From an uncultured Bacillales bacterium (GTDB taxonomy: Bacteria > Bacillota_I > Bacilli_A > RFN20 > CAG-826), in assembly GCA_946185585.1 (NCBI GenBank), contig CAMHJP010000003.1, forward strand, positions 1 through 53,496: DNA of 53,496 bases, in the 5' to 3' direction. Under the pieces are notes generated by a model that ran no database searches, was not told where the DNA came from, and saw only the letters and a program-made list of their open reading frames with translations. The translations under genes and the position numbers were made by a program. This document shows, in pieces, positions 1 through 8,931 of the stretch. Within the stretch, counting starts at the first letter, position 1, and each line of letters opens with the position of its first letter.

Positions 1-2
1 GA

Positions 3-131
3 AAAAATAAACGCGATAAAATCCTCAATAGTGTTTATAAAGCTGTCGGTTTATCTACCGACGGACAAGGAATTGCCTTCTCTTTGCCAGTTAGCGATGT
101 TGCCGGATTAAAATTCGATTCGGATCAATAG
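3..131 (+). CDS. C-terminal end of a P-II family protein (5' truncated by the window)
   Basis: Frame 3 reads KNKRDKILNSVYKAVGLSTDGQGIAFSLPVSDVAGLKFDSDQ*; the G-x-G-I-A-F-x-L-P-V-x-D-V-x-G-L tail is typical of P-II-like proteins. Not in the ORF track. Confidence 0.7.
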   Translation, partial: KNKRDKILNSVYKAVGLSTDGQGIAFSLPVSDVAGLKFDSDQ

Positions 132-148
132 ACTTTAGAGTATTAGAT

Positions 149-200
149 ACGCGCCCGCAATTAATTACATTTATTAATTATGTTGTTGGCGCGTTTTTTT
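149..200 (+). terminator. Probable intrinsic terminator between convergent genes
   Basis: acgcgcc (149-155) pairs with ggcgcgt (188-194), followed by a T-tract; long, partly paired loop. Confidence 0.45.
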
Positions 201-1500
201 AAACAAATAATTGAAGCATTAGTAACGCGACCGTAATCGTTGGGATCGAAACAATTGAACCGTATTTAATAAAATCTAGGAAGCTAAAGCGGATGTTTTG
301 TTTATTGACTAATGAAGTAAACATAATGCCTGCTAGAGCACCGATAGGCGTTAAAAACGCGCCGATATTGCTTCCGATAATCGAAGCATAAGTTGCTTGA
401 TAAAACATTGATCCAGATAAGCTAGATGAGACCCCAGAATAAAGAATACTCATCGGAATATTGTTGATTAAGTTACAAACAAGAAAAGATGAATATCCAT
501 ACGTATAAATGACGTGTGAATCTCCGAGTAATTTTGAAATTTCACCAGTAATTCCTTGATAATTTAAAGAAACAACAATCACAAACATTGATAAGAAAAA
601 CGGAATTAATTCATAAGGAAGTCTTTTATAAGAATTTCCCATAATTGTTAGTTTTTCTCTTGTAGCTAAAAGATAAATTAAAGTAAATAAACTTAAGAAA
701 CATGCACAACCTAAAGAGATCATCCACATCTCTAATGGTAGGTAGTGGACAATAATCAGAAATACTAAACAAACTAGTAATGTGGAAACGCCCACACTAA
801 GGAGAAGTTTGTTTGGAACTTCTACTTCTTCGTCTTCAACATGAAATGGCTCTTTTAGGGAGTTTCTAAATAGAAGGAAGAGAATTCCAAGTTCAACTAA
901 TCCAGCTACTATGGTTGGAATCGCCATAACTTTAAAATATTCGACAAAATTAATGTTTGCGGCGGTGGCAAGATAAATGTTTGTAGGGTTACCAATCAAA
1001 AACATAAGTGACCATGTATTTGCAGCAAAGAATTCGGCGATTAAATATGGAGTTGCTTTGATATTTGCTCGTTTAGCAAAGAAACAAATAAACGGAGTTA
1101 ATGTGAGAATCACAATATCGTTTGATGTAAATACGGTTAAAACACTTGTTAACGCATATAAAGCAAAGAAGAGCGTGTATTGGTTTGTTTTTGCTCGTTT
1201 AGTTGCTAGTTGAGCTAGATATTTAAATAATCCAAATTCATCTAGGAGAATCGAGATAATTGTCATTGAGAAAAACAAGACCAGAATCTTTAATGGATTA
1301 ATTGATGTATTTGATGTTAGTTGGTTCCAGACATCGCTGATTGGTGCTAATCCAATTGAGATTAAAAGGATTGCTCCAACTAACGCAACTACCCAATAGG
1401 TTGAAATAGAAAACTTACCAATCTTAATCTTTGGAAGTAAGAGAATTGATAAGGTCACTAAGACAAACGTTACTAAACAAATAACTAATGTTGGAATCAT
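199..1500 (-). CDS. ArsB/NhaD (ion transporter superfamily) permease
   Basis: Highly hydrophobic ~433 aa; motifs SND, IGNPTN, NNIP and GSNIGAFLTPIGALAG; ATG at 1500 preferred over TTG at 1506. Confidence 0.85.
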   Translation of the reverse strand: MIPTLVICLVTFVLVTLSILLLPKIKIGKFSISTYWVVALVGAILLISIGLAPISDVWNQLTSNTSINPLKILVLFFSMTIISILLDEFGLFKYLAQLATKRAKTNQYTLFFALYALTSVLTVFTSNDIVILTLTPFICFFAKRANIKATPYLIAEFFAANTWSLMFLIGNPTNIYLATAANINFVEYFKVMAIPTIVAGLVELGILFLLFRNSLKEPFHVEDEEVEVPNKLLLSVGVSTLLVCLVFLIIVHYLPLEMWMISLGCACFLSLFTLIYLLATREKLTIMGNSYKRLPYELIPFFLSMFVIVVSLNYQGITGEISKLLGDSHVIYTYGYSSFLVCNLINNIPMSILYSGVSSSLSGSMFYQATYASIIGSNIGAFLTPIGALAGIMFTSLVNKQNIRFSFLDFIKYGSIVSIPTITVALLMLQLFV

Positions 1501-1577
1501 ACACAAAGTGTATTATCTACCTCTAAATTGAAAAGTGTTAGTAAAATCAATATATTTATCTTAAAGAGGAATAAACA

Positions 1578-2096
1578 ATGGCTAATAAAACAATTCAAAC
1601 AATTCTTTCACGAGTTTCATGTCGTGAATATAGTGAAAAGAAAGTATCGTTAGGAAAAGTAAACCAAATTCTTGAAGCTGGTAAATATGCTCCAAGCGCA
1701 ATGAACCGTCAAATTGGAAATATTACTTGCGTACGTACAAAAGCAAAAGTTGAAAGACTAAGAGAATTATTAAAAGAACAATTTGGTCGCGACTGTTTAT
1801 ATGGTGCAAACACAGTCGTTCTTGTTCACGCGCCAAGAGAAGATAAGTTCACTGTTCAAGACTGTTCTTGCGTATTGGAAAACATTTTTGTCGCTGCAAA
1901 CGCTTTAAAAGTTCAATCTTGCTGGATTAATCAATTTGATGAACTGTTCTCAACTCCTAAAGGAATGAAAATGAAAGAACGTTTAGGAATTCCAGCTGAA
2001 AATAAAGTAGTTGGCGCAGCAATTCTTGGTTACGCTAAAGATCCATCAAAACTTGTCGTAAAAGAAAGAAAAGCTGACTATATTTCTATAAAATAA
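1578..2096 (+). CDS. Nitroreductase family protein
   Basis: R-x-S-x-R-x-Y and APSAMNRQ motifs, SCWI; RBS agagga. Confidence 0.9.
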   Translation: MANKTIQTILSRVSCREYSEKKVSLGKVNQILEAGKYAPSAMNRQIGNITCVRTKAKVERLRELLKEQFGRDCLYGANTVVLVHAPREDKFTVQDCSCVLENIFVAANALKVQSCWINQFDELFSTPKGMKMKERLGIPAENKVVGAAILGYAKDPSKLVVKERKADYISIK

Positions 2097-2121
2097 CCAT
2101 CAAAACCTCAATATTTTATAC

Positions 2122-2153
2122 AAAACCCTCACATTTTGTGGAGGTTTTCTTTT
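2122..2153 (+). terminator. Intrinsic terminator
   Basis: aaaaccctcac...gtggaggtttt hairpin followed by T-rich tail. Confidence 0.65.
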
Positions 2154-2242
2154 ATGAAAGTAAGCACTCTCATAAAGAAATATATAACGGGTTTCAATTT
2201 TATTGATACAATATATAGCCGTGAAAGAAAGAAGGTATTAAT

Positions 2243-3217
2243 ATGCCATTAGTTAACTCTAAAGAACTATTTGAAAAAGCCTATAAAGAAGGTTATGCCA
2301 TTGGTGCTTTTAACTGCAACAACATGGAAATCGTTCAAGCGATCACAGAAGCTGCTAAAGAATGTAACTCTCCAGTTATTCTCCAAGTTTCTGCTGGTGC
2401 AAGAAAATATGCTAAGCCAGTCTACTTAAAGAAAATGGTCGAAGCTGCAGTTGAAGACACAGGTTTACCAATTGTCCTCCACTTAGACCACGGTGCTGAC
2501 TTTGAAATTTGTAAAGACTGTATTGATGGTGGATTCACATCCGTCATGATTGACTGCTCTAGCAAACCATTCGAAGAAAACATCGCTATTACCAGAAAAG
2601 TCGTTGAATATGCTCACGCTCATAAACCATACGTTACAGTTGAAGCTGAACTTGGTACATTAGCTGGTATTGAAGACGAAGTCAAAGTGGAACATGGTGC
2701 TGAAAGTTACACCAACCCAGACCAAGTTGAAGAATTCGTTAAACGCACTGGTGTTGATAGCTTAGCTATTGCTATCGGAACAAGCCACGGTGCTTATAAG
2801 TTCCGTCCAGAACAATGCACACGTGATCCAAAAACAGGTGTCTTACTCCCACCTCCACTCCGTTTCGATATTCTTGAAGAAGTCTCTAAGAGACTCCCGG
2901 GATTCCCAATCGTTTTACACGGTTCATCCTCTGTTAACCAAGAATACGTCAAGATTATTAACGAACACGGTGGTGCATTAAAGGATGCTGTCGGTGTTCC
3001 AGAAGATCAACTTCGCCAAGCTGCTCGTATGGCTGTTTGTAAGATCAATATTGACTCTGACTTACGTCTTGCGATGACTGCTGGAATTCGTGAACACTTC
3101 GAAGCTCATCCAGACCACTTCGATCCACGTCAATACATCGGTGATGGACGTGCTTACGTGAAACAACTCGTTAAACACAAAATTACTGACGTTCTTGGAT
3201 CAAACGATAAGATCTAA
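2243..3217 (+). CDS. fba: Fructose-1,6-bisphosphate aldolase, class II
   Basis: HLDHG, VEAELG, AIGTSHGAYK, VLHGSS and KINIDSD motifs. Confidence 0.97.
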   Translation: MPLVNSKELFEKAYKEGYAIGAFNCNNMEIVQAITEAAKECNSPVILQVSAGARKYAKPVYLKKMVEAAVEDTGLPIVLHLDHGADFEICKDCIDGGFTSVMIDCSSKPFEENIAITRKVVEYAHAHKPYVTVEAELGTLAGIEDEVKVEHGAESYTNPDQVEEFVKRTGVDSLAIAIGTSHGAYKFRPEQCTRDPKTGVLLPPPLRFDILEEVSKRLPGFPIVLHGSSSVNQEYVKIINEHGGALKDAVGVPEDQLRQAARMAVCKINIDSDLRLAMTAGIREHFEAHPDHFDPRQYIGDGRAYVKQLVKHKITDVLGSNDKI

Positions 3218-3234
3218 TTTGAATTTATAAAGTT

Positions 3235-3260
3235 AAACATGCCTAAGCATGTTTTTCTTT
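3235..3260 (+). terminator. Intrinsic terminator after fba
   Basis: aaacatgc-ctaa-gcatgttt plus T-tract. Confidence 0.75.
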
Positions 3261-3270
3261 TGCAAATTTT

Positions 3271-3305
3271 TATGTGAAACAAATTTTATAAAAATGTTTC
3301 ACATA
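3271..3305. promoter_or_regulatory. Inverted repeat upstream of rarA (operator-like)
   Basis: tatgtgaaaca (3271-3281) and tgtttcacata (3295-3305) are perfect 11-bp inverted arms. Confidence 0.45.
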
Positions 3306-3350
3306 TAATCTTCTTAGATTAAAATTAGATTAGCAAAGAGGATTCGTTTT

Positions 3351-4595
3351 ATGCAACAACCACTCGCTGATTTATTAAGACCAAAATCATTTGATGATGT
3401 TTTAGGTCAACAACATTTACTAGGAAAAGGAATGGCTTTTAGAAAGGTTGTTTCCTCTAATCACATACCAAACATGGTTTTCTATGGTCCTCCAGGTGTT
3501 GGAAAGACCACGGTTGCAAACATTATTGCGGAGAAGACAAATATGTCTTTATATAAGCTTAATGGAACAACCGCATCAACAGACGATATTAAGCAGATCA
3601 TTGCGAATATCAATTCAGTTCTCACTCAAAACGGAATCCTTTTATATTTGGATGAAATCCAATATTTAAATAAGAAACAACAACAATCTCTTCTAGAGTT
3701 TGTTGAAAAAGGCGATATTACATTAATCGCTTCGACAACCGAAAATCCATTCTTCTACATCTATCCAGCCTTACTAAGTAGATGCACAGTTTTTGAATTT
3801 AAACCTTTATCAACAAAAGATATTTCTAAAGGTCTACTCAAAGCTGCTGAACAATTTGGATTAGTCTTTGAAGATGACGCTTTAGAATATCTTGCTCTTT
3901 CTGGTAACGGAGATATGCGTAAAGCATTAAATAATTTTGATTTCGTTCGTTACGCAGTGAAGAAAGGTAGTAATAAAATTACTCGCGACATTGTTGATCA
4001 AGTCGCGATTAAAGGAAATATTTCCTATGACCGTAGCGAAGATAAACACTACGATAATCTTTCTGCTTTAATGAAATCTTTACGTGGATCTGATCCAGAT
4101 GCTGCAATCTATTATCTAGCAAAGATGCTTGAAGCAGGTGATATTATCGCCGCTTCAAGAAGACTACTTTGTAGTGCGAACGAAGATGTTGGTCTAGCCT
4201 ATCCACAAATTATTCCAATTGTGAAAGCGGCAGTGGATACTGCTCTTCAACTTGGTATGCCAGAAGCATATCTACCTTTAGCAAATGCAGCTGTTTTAAT
4301 TGCAACTGCACCAAAATCAAATTCTGCTCCAATGGCGTATTGGAAAGCCCAAGCCGATATTGCTAAAGGAAAAGGTGTTGGAGTTCCTCGTGCCTTACAA
4401 AACACCCATTATGATGGTGCTGATGCCAAAGTAAAGGGACAACACTATAAATATCCTCATGACTATAAACATCATTGGGTGAAGCAACAATATCTTCCAG
4501 ATGATTTAAAGAATGAAACTTATTACCAATATGGTGATAATAAATATGAACAAGCCATTAAAGAATACTGGGAAAAGATTAAACACAATGACTAA
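3351..4595 (+). CDS. rarA: Replication-associated recombination protein A (RarA/MgsA AAA+ ATPase)
   Basis: PLADLLRP, GPPGVGKTT, LDEI, TTENP, KSLRGSDPDAA, EDVGLA and YKYPHDY motifs. Confidence 0.95.
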   Translation: MQQPLADLLRPKSFDDVLGQQHLLGKGMAFRKVVSSNHIPNMVFYGPPGVGKTTVANIIAEKTNMSLYKLNGTTASTDDIKQIIANINSVLTQNGILLYLDEIQYLNKKQQQSLLEFVEKGDITLIASTTENPFFYIYPALLSRCTVFEFKPLSTKDISKGLLKAAEQFGLVFEDDALEYLALSGNGDMRKALNNFDFVRYAVKKGSNKITRDIVDQVAIKGNISYDRSEDKHYDNLSALMKSLRGSDPDAAIYYLAKMLEAGDIIAASRRLLCSANEDVGLAYPQIIPIVKAAVDTALQLGMPEAYLPLANAAVLIATAPKSNSAPMAYWKAQADIAKGKGVGVPRALQNTHYDGADAKVKGQHYKYPHDYKHHWVKQQYLPDDLKNETYYQYGDNKYEQAIKEYWEKIKHND

Positions 4596-5520
4596 GCAGA
4601 AAATTATTTTAGATTGTGATCCTGGACACGATGACGCGATTGCCATCATGCTTGCTGGTTCTGCTCCTAGTTTAGAAATCTTAGGAATAACTGTTGAAGC
4701 AGGAAACCAGACATTAGAGAAGACAGGGAACAACACATTGAATATAGTTCAATATTTGGGTCTCGATGTTCCTGTTGCTTTAGGTTCTGGAAAACCACTA
4801 AAACGAAGCCCAATGACCTGTGCCGAAATTCATGGCGAAACAGGTTTAGATGGTTTTCCATTTTCCCCATTAAAAATCAAATATCACCAGCAAAACGCGG
4901 TTGAATTAATGAAATCTTTGTTAGATAAAAACGAAGATGTGATATTAGTTCCAACTGGTCCATTAACCAATATTGCTGAACTTTTAATCAAGCATCCAGA
5001 AGTGAAAAAATATATCAAATCAATTGTCCTCATGGGTGGATCAATTGGATTTGGTAATGTATCTCCTGCCGCAGAGTTTAATATTCTTTGTGACCCAGAA
5101 GCTGCAGATATTGTTTTTAATTCTGGATTAGATGTTTATATGCTTGGGCTTGATGTTACAAGAAAAGCTCTTGTCCTTCCTGATGTGATGGAAAGAATGT
5201 CAAAGATTGATAACAAAGCGGGTAGGCTCTTTATTGATTTAATGAAAGTTTTTAATGAGAACCAACTCAAAATCTTTGGCCATAGTGGAGCGCCTCTTCA
5301 TGATCCAGCAACAATCATTTCATTATTAAATCCAAATGTTTTCACTTTTAAGAAGATGAATGTTGTGATTGATGTCACTGGTGGTCCATCTTATGGAAGA
5401 ACAAACTGTGACCAATATGATTATTTACATCAACCACATAATGCTTATGTTGCAATTGACATAAATGTCAAAGAATACTGGAACGAAGTTGAGAAAGGTC
5501 TAAAACGTTACTCAAAATGA
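4588..5520 (+). CDS. Inosine/uridine-preferring nucleoside hydrolase
   Basis: DCDPGHDDA, HGETG, AEFN and LHDP motifs; start moved to MTKQ (ATG 4588), overlapping the rarA end. Confidence 0.93.
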   Translation: MTKQKIILDCDPGHDDAIAIMLAGSAPSLEILGITVEAGNQTLEKTGNNTLNIVQYLGLDVPVALGSGKPLKRSPMTCAEIHGETGLDGFPFSPLKIKYHQQNAVELMKSLLDKNEDVILVPTGPLTNIAELLIKHPEVKKYIKSIVLMGGSIGFGNVSPAAEFNILCDPEAADIVFNSGLDVYMLGLDVTRKALVLPDVMERMSKIDNKAGRLFIDLMKVFNENQLKIFGHSGAPLHDPATIISLLNPNVFTFKKMNVVIDVTGGPSYGRTNCDQYDYLHQPHNAYVAIDINVKEYWNEVEKGLKRYSK

Positions 5521-6404
5521 ACACTATTTATGTCCTTGGATCATTAAATATGGATCTTGTGATTGAATCCGACAAGATTCCTACAAAAGGCGAAACTGTT
5601 CGTGGTGAAAATTTTTCAACCTGTCCTGGAGGAAAAGGATTAAATCAAGCTATCGCTGCTGCTAAACTTGGTGCCAAAGTAAAAATGCTTGGCGCCATTG
5701 GCTATGACTCGTTCGGTGAGAAAATGTTTAATGCGTTAAAGGAAAACAATGTTGATGTTTCTCATATTAAGATGGTTAAAGGTGTTTCTAGTGGAATCGC
5801 GATGATCCTTTTACACAATAAAGATAATCGAATCATTCTCGACTTGGGAGCCAATTTAAAATTAACAAAAAGTGATGTTGATAGTTTTCTTAAAGGAGCT
5901 AGTGCTGGCGATGTTTTCTTATCTCAATTAGAGAATAGTCTTGAACTTGTCGGTTATGCCCTAGAGGTCGCAAAACGTAAAAAAATGCGTACCGTAATTA
6001 ATCCTGCTCCATGTGATATTGGAATAAAAAAATATGCCAGATTTATCGATGTTATTACTCCAAATAGTGGAGAATTGCGTATGCTTCTAAAATACGGAAA
6101 ATACCAGCAAAAACCGGATAAATTAGGAATTTCCACAATTGTTGAAACTAGAGGAAAGGACGGTTATTGCTGTTATAAAGGAAAAGACACAATTTCTGAA
6201 AAAGCAGTCAAAGTAAAAGTGGTTGATACAACTGGTGCAGGCGATGCATTTAATGGTGCGTTATGCTACCAGCTTGCCCAAGGAAAAGAAATTAATAAGA
6301 CATCATTAAACTTTGCTTGTTTGGCTGCATCAATATCGACAACCAAACACGGAACAAGCGTTTCTTCTCCAACACTGGATGAGATAAGCAAATTCAAAAA
6401 ATAA
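5517..6404 (+). CDS. rbsK: Ribokinase (PfkB family)
   Basis: GSLNMD, PGGKGLNQA and DTTGAGDAF motifs; ATGA-coupled to the nucleoside hydrolase. Confidence 0.9.
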   Translation: MNTIYVLGSLNMDLVIESDKIPTKGETVRGENFSTCPGGKGLNQAIAAAKLGAKVKMLGAIGYDSFGEKMFNALKENNVDVSHIKMVKGVSSGIAMILLHNKDNRIILDLGANLKLTKSDVDSFLKGASAGDVFLSQLENSLELVGYALEVAKRKKMRTVINPAPCDIGIKKYARFIDVITPNSGELRMLLKYGKYQQKPDKLGISTIVETRGKDGYCCYKGKDTISEKAVKVKVVDTTGAGDAFNGALCYQLAQGKEINKTSLNFACLAASISTTKHGTSVSSPTLDEISKFKK

Positions 6405-6409
6405 AATTC

Positions 6410-6435
6410 AAGCTCTTCACTAAGAAGGGCTTTTT
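6410..6435 (+). terminator. Intrinsic terminator after rbsK
   Basis: aagctcttc-actaa-gaagggctt plus T-tract. Confidence 0.75.
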
Positions 6436-6639
6436 AAATTCCCATTCAATTTAAGGTGAAATTTTTTCTTACAGTGTAAGAAGTTTTCTTTTTTGAAAAA
6501 TTGAGTGCAAATTTTTCTTTTAAAAACGGATTTAGTTAATGAGAGCGAAAAACTCTCAGGCAAAGAAAAGCCTTAAAAACTCGGAACGGGAACTCCTGAC
6601 TACATGCGTCATTCACGCAATAGAAAGGAGGCAACCGAA

Positions 6640-6723
6640 ATGAAAACTAATAAAGAAATCATCTATGGTTTCATGTTGGTAATTGTTGACCTTGTTTATT
6701 TGATATTGGAATTAATCCGATAA
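6640..6723 (+). CDS. 27-aa hydrophobic peptide, putative type I toxin (MKTNKEIIYGFMLVIVDLVYLILELIR)
   Basis: Strong SD AAAGGAGG upstream of ATG 6640; single hydrophobic helix; below the ORF-track size cutoff. Confidence 0.7.
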   Translation: MKTNKEIIYGFMLVIVDLVYLILELIR

Positions 6724-6784
6724 AGAAAAAACGAGTCCTTGACTCATTGACATAAAGTAGTCTTGGAGGATCCCGTTCTTATGT
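6724..6784 (-). ncRNA. Putative antisense (antitoxin) RNA of unit 1; boundaries approximate
   Basis: Minus-strand promoter at 6817-6790; minus-strand hairpin aatgagtc-aag-gactcgtt followed by U-tract just before the peptide stop codon. Confidence 0.5.
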
Positions 6785-6789
6785 TTCTC

Positions 6790-6817
6790 ATTATAGCAAA
6801 GCTAAAAATCTTTGCAA
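6790..6817 (-). promoter_or_regulatory. SigA-type promoter, antisense to peptide 1
   Basis: TTGCAA-16 bp-TATAAT with extended TGn on the minus strand; GCAAAG-N8-CTTTGC inverted repeat overlaps the spacer. Confidence 0.7.
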
Positions 6818-6899
6818 TACGACAAAGACAAGTCGTTAAAACTCAGAACGAATACTTTCCTAGGGTAATTCAAAAAATTATTTGAAGGGAGGTGATACG

Positions 6900-6986
6900 A
6901 TGAAGCAATTGAAAGATTTAGAGTCACTCTTTATCTTAGTTGTGATCATCTTGTTTCTTCTTTTGCTCCTAAAAGTTGCAAAATAA
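6900..6986 (+). CDS. 28-aa hydrophobic peptide, putative type I toxin (MKQLKDLESLFILVVIILFLLLLLKVAK)
   Basis: SD GGGAGGTGA upstream of ATG 6900; one TM helix with basic C-terminus, resembling holin-like type I toxins. Confidence 0.75.
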   Translation: MKQLKDLESLFILVVIILFLLLLLKVAK

Positions 6987-7042
6987 AAAAAACAAATCCC
7001 TAGACTGACACTTTGACCGGTGTTGGAAGGATTCGTTCTTGT
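6987..7042 (-). ncRNA. Putative antisense (antitoxin) RNA of unit 2; boundaries approximate
   Basis: Minus-strand promoter at 7075-7048; transcript can fold (cgaatcct...gggatttg) and ends in a long U-run at the peptide stop. Confidence 0.5.
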
Positions 7043-7047
7043 GTCTC

Positions 7048-7075
7048 ATTATAGCAAAGTTTTGTTACTTTGCAA
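7048..7075 (-). promoter_or_regulatory. SigA-type promoter, antisense to peptide 2
   Basis: TTGCAA-16 bp-TATAAT with TGn, same geometry and palindrome as unit 1. Confidence 0.7.
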
Positions 7076-7193
7076 CATGCCAAACTTAAAATGTAATCAT
7101 CACCGTAATAACTAAGTTATTATGTTTTTTCTACTTGCGTATATGTGCATATAATGGTTAAATAATACCCGTTCGCCCAAATAAGGAGAAATT

Positions 7194-8876
7194 ATGATAC
7201 TTAAGAAAATGAATGGCGTTCAATTTAAAGAATTGATCGTCAGTGGAGCTAAAAATCTTAGAGCCCATTATCAAGAAGTAGACAATTTGAATGTCTTCCC
7301 GGTCCCAGATGGTGATACGGGTACAAATATGTGCCGCACAATCGAAGGCGGCGTTAGTAACATCATCAAAGAAGAAAGCAAATCCTTAAGTGATATTGCT
7401 AAAGTTCTTTCTAAAGGAATGTTACTCGGAGCTAGAGGTAACTCTGGTGTTATTCTTTCCCAAATCTATCGTGGTATTTGCCGTTCATTTGAAGGCAAAC
7501 AAGAAGTTGACGCTAAACAATTAGCCGAAGCTTATCGAGTTGGTGTAAAGCAAGCTTATGCTGCTGTTATTACACCGGTCGAAGGAACAATTCTGACCGT
7601 CTTTAGAGAAGCAACAGAATATGCTGCCAAGAAGATGACTAAGGAATCCACGATTAACGAATTCTTTGAACTTCACTTAAAACAAGCTTCTAAGTCATTA
7701 AAAATGACCAAAGAACTTCTTCCAGTATTAAAAGAAGCCGATGTCATTGACTCTGGTGGTGCTGGTTACGTCTATATCGTTAAAGGTATTGTTAAATACT
7801 TAGGCGGAGAAGTTATTGATGCTGAACTAGACTTAGGTAAGAAAGATGAAAAAGGTGAGGAAAAACCAGCGATTGATTTTTCTGCATTCTCTCGTGATGA
7901 TGAATTAACCTTTGGTTACTGCACAGAATTCATCTTACGTTTACAGAGTAAAAAAGTAAACGTTGATGAATTCGATGTTCAAACAATTATTGATATTTTA
8001 AATTCCAAAGAAATCTCTGGTGACTCGATCGTCGCCTTAAAAGACGATGACGTCGTCAAAGTTCACGTTCACACCAAAGATCCAGGTTTAGTTCTTCATC
8101 AGATGCGTCAATTTGGTGAATTCTTAACCACTAAAGTTGAAAACATGTCTCTTCAACATAATGAAAACATGACTGAAGAAGAAAAACTTGCTTCTCAAAA
8201 AAGAGAACACAAGAAATACGCTATTGTTGCTGTTGCTCAGGGCGAAGGAATCTGTTCTCAATTCGAAGCGTTAGGTGTTGATGTCATTGTCAAAGGAAAC
8301 CAAACAATGAACCCATCTACCGAAGACTTCTTAAAAGCATTCAAACAATTAGATGCTGAAAACATTATTGTTTTCCCAAATAACAAAAACATTATTATGG
8401 CTGCTAAACAAGCAGCTGGATTATATAAAGCTGCGAAAGTGAAAGTTGCTGCAAGTAACTTCATCCCACAATGTTACTCAGCTCTAACAATGTTAGATTT
8501 CTCTAGTGATGATCTTGAACTCATCATGGGTAACTTTAACGCTGCTTTAAGAAACGTTGTTTCTGGATCAATTACAACTGCTATTCGTAGCACCAGACTC
8601 AACGGAGTTAACATCCGCAAAGGTGAAAATCTTTGTATTGTTGATGGCAAAGTTGTTGCCTCAACAATTAATAAGTACCATGTTGTTGGTGATCTTTTAA
8701 GAAAGATCCCTGACATCCAAGACAAACAACTTCTCACAGTTTTCTTTGGTAAGGATTGCACTGAAGCCGAACGAAAGAAAAACATGGATTGGGTGAAACA
8801 AAAATACCCACATCTTGAAGTTGGTTGTGTTGATGGTGGACAAGCCGTTTATAAGTTCTTATTAGCTATTGAATAA
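7194..8876 (+). CDS. fakA: DAK2-domain fatty acid kinase catalytic subunit (FakA/YloV)
   Basis: LNVFPVPDGDTGTNM, GARGNSGVILSQ, EGTILTV, FGYCTEF, VHVHT and QTMNPST motifs. Confidence 0.92.
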   Translation: MILKKMNGVQFKELIVSGAKNLRAHYQEVDNLNVFPVPDGDTGTNMCRTIEGGVSNIIKEESKSLSDIAKVLSKGMLLGARGNSGVILSQIYRGICRSFEGKQEVDAKQLAEAYRVGVKQAYAAVITPVEGTILTVFREATEYAAKKMTKESTINEFFELHLKQASKSLKMTKELLPVLKEADVIDSGGAGYVYIVKGIVKYLGGEVIDAELDLGKKDEKGEEKPAIDFSAFSRDDELTFGYCTEFILRLQSKKVNVDEFDVQTIIDILNSKEISGDSIVALKDDDVVKVHVHTKDPGLVLHQMRQFGEFLTTKVENMSLQHNENMTEEEKLASQKREHKKYAIVAVAQGEGICSQFEALGVDVIVKGNQTMNPSTEDFLKAFKQLDAENIIVFPNNKNIIMAAKQAAGLYKAAKVKVAASNFIPQCYSALTMLDFSSDDLELIMGNFNAALRNVVSGSITTAIRSTRLNGVNIRKGENLCIVDGKVVASTINKYHVVGDLLRKIPDIQDKQLLTVFFGKDCTEAERKKNMDWVKQKYPHLEVGCVDGGQAVYKFLLAIE

Positions 8877-8931
8877 AATTGTTCCAATAAAATCAAAAGA
8901 TTTAATTGTATAAAGTCTATAGCGAAAGAAA

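Larger units (their letters stand above)
6558..7075. repeat. Two diverged tandem ~255-nt units (6558-6817 and 6819-7075), type I TA-like
   Basis: Shared blocks CAAAGAnAAG hairpin, TAAAA(A)CTCnGAACG, GGATyCsGTTCTT-like 3' block and TCTCATTATAGCAAAG-N8-CTTTGCAA occur in the same order in both units. Confidence 0.8.

Noticed and set aside
6540-6575. GAAAAACTCTCAGGCAAA resembles the 3' end of a glycine riboswitch aptamer
   Set aside because: The upstream GGAGA...CCGAAG core is missing; the sequence is explained by a local TGAGAG/CTCTCA hairpin and the start of repeat unit 1, and no glycine-related gene follows.
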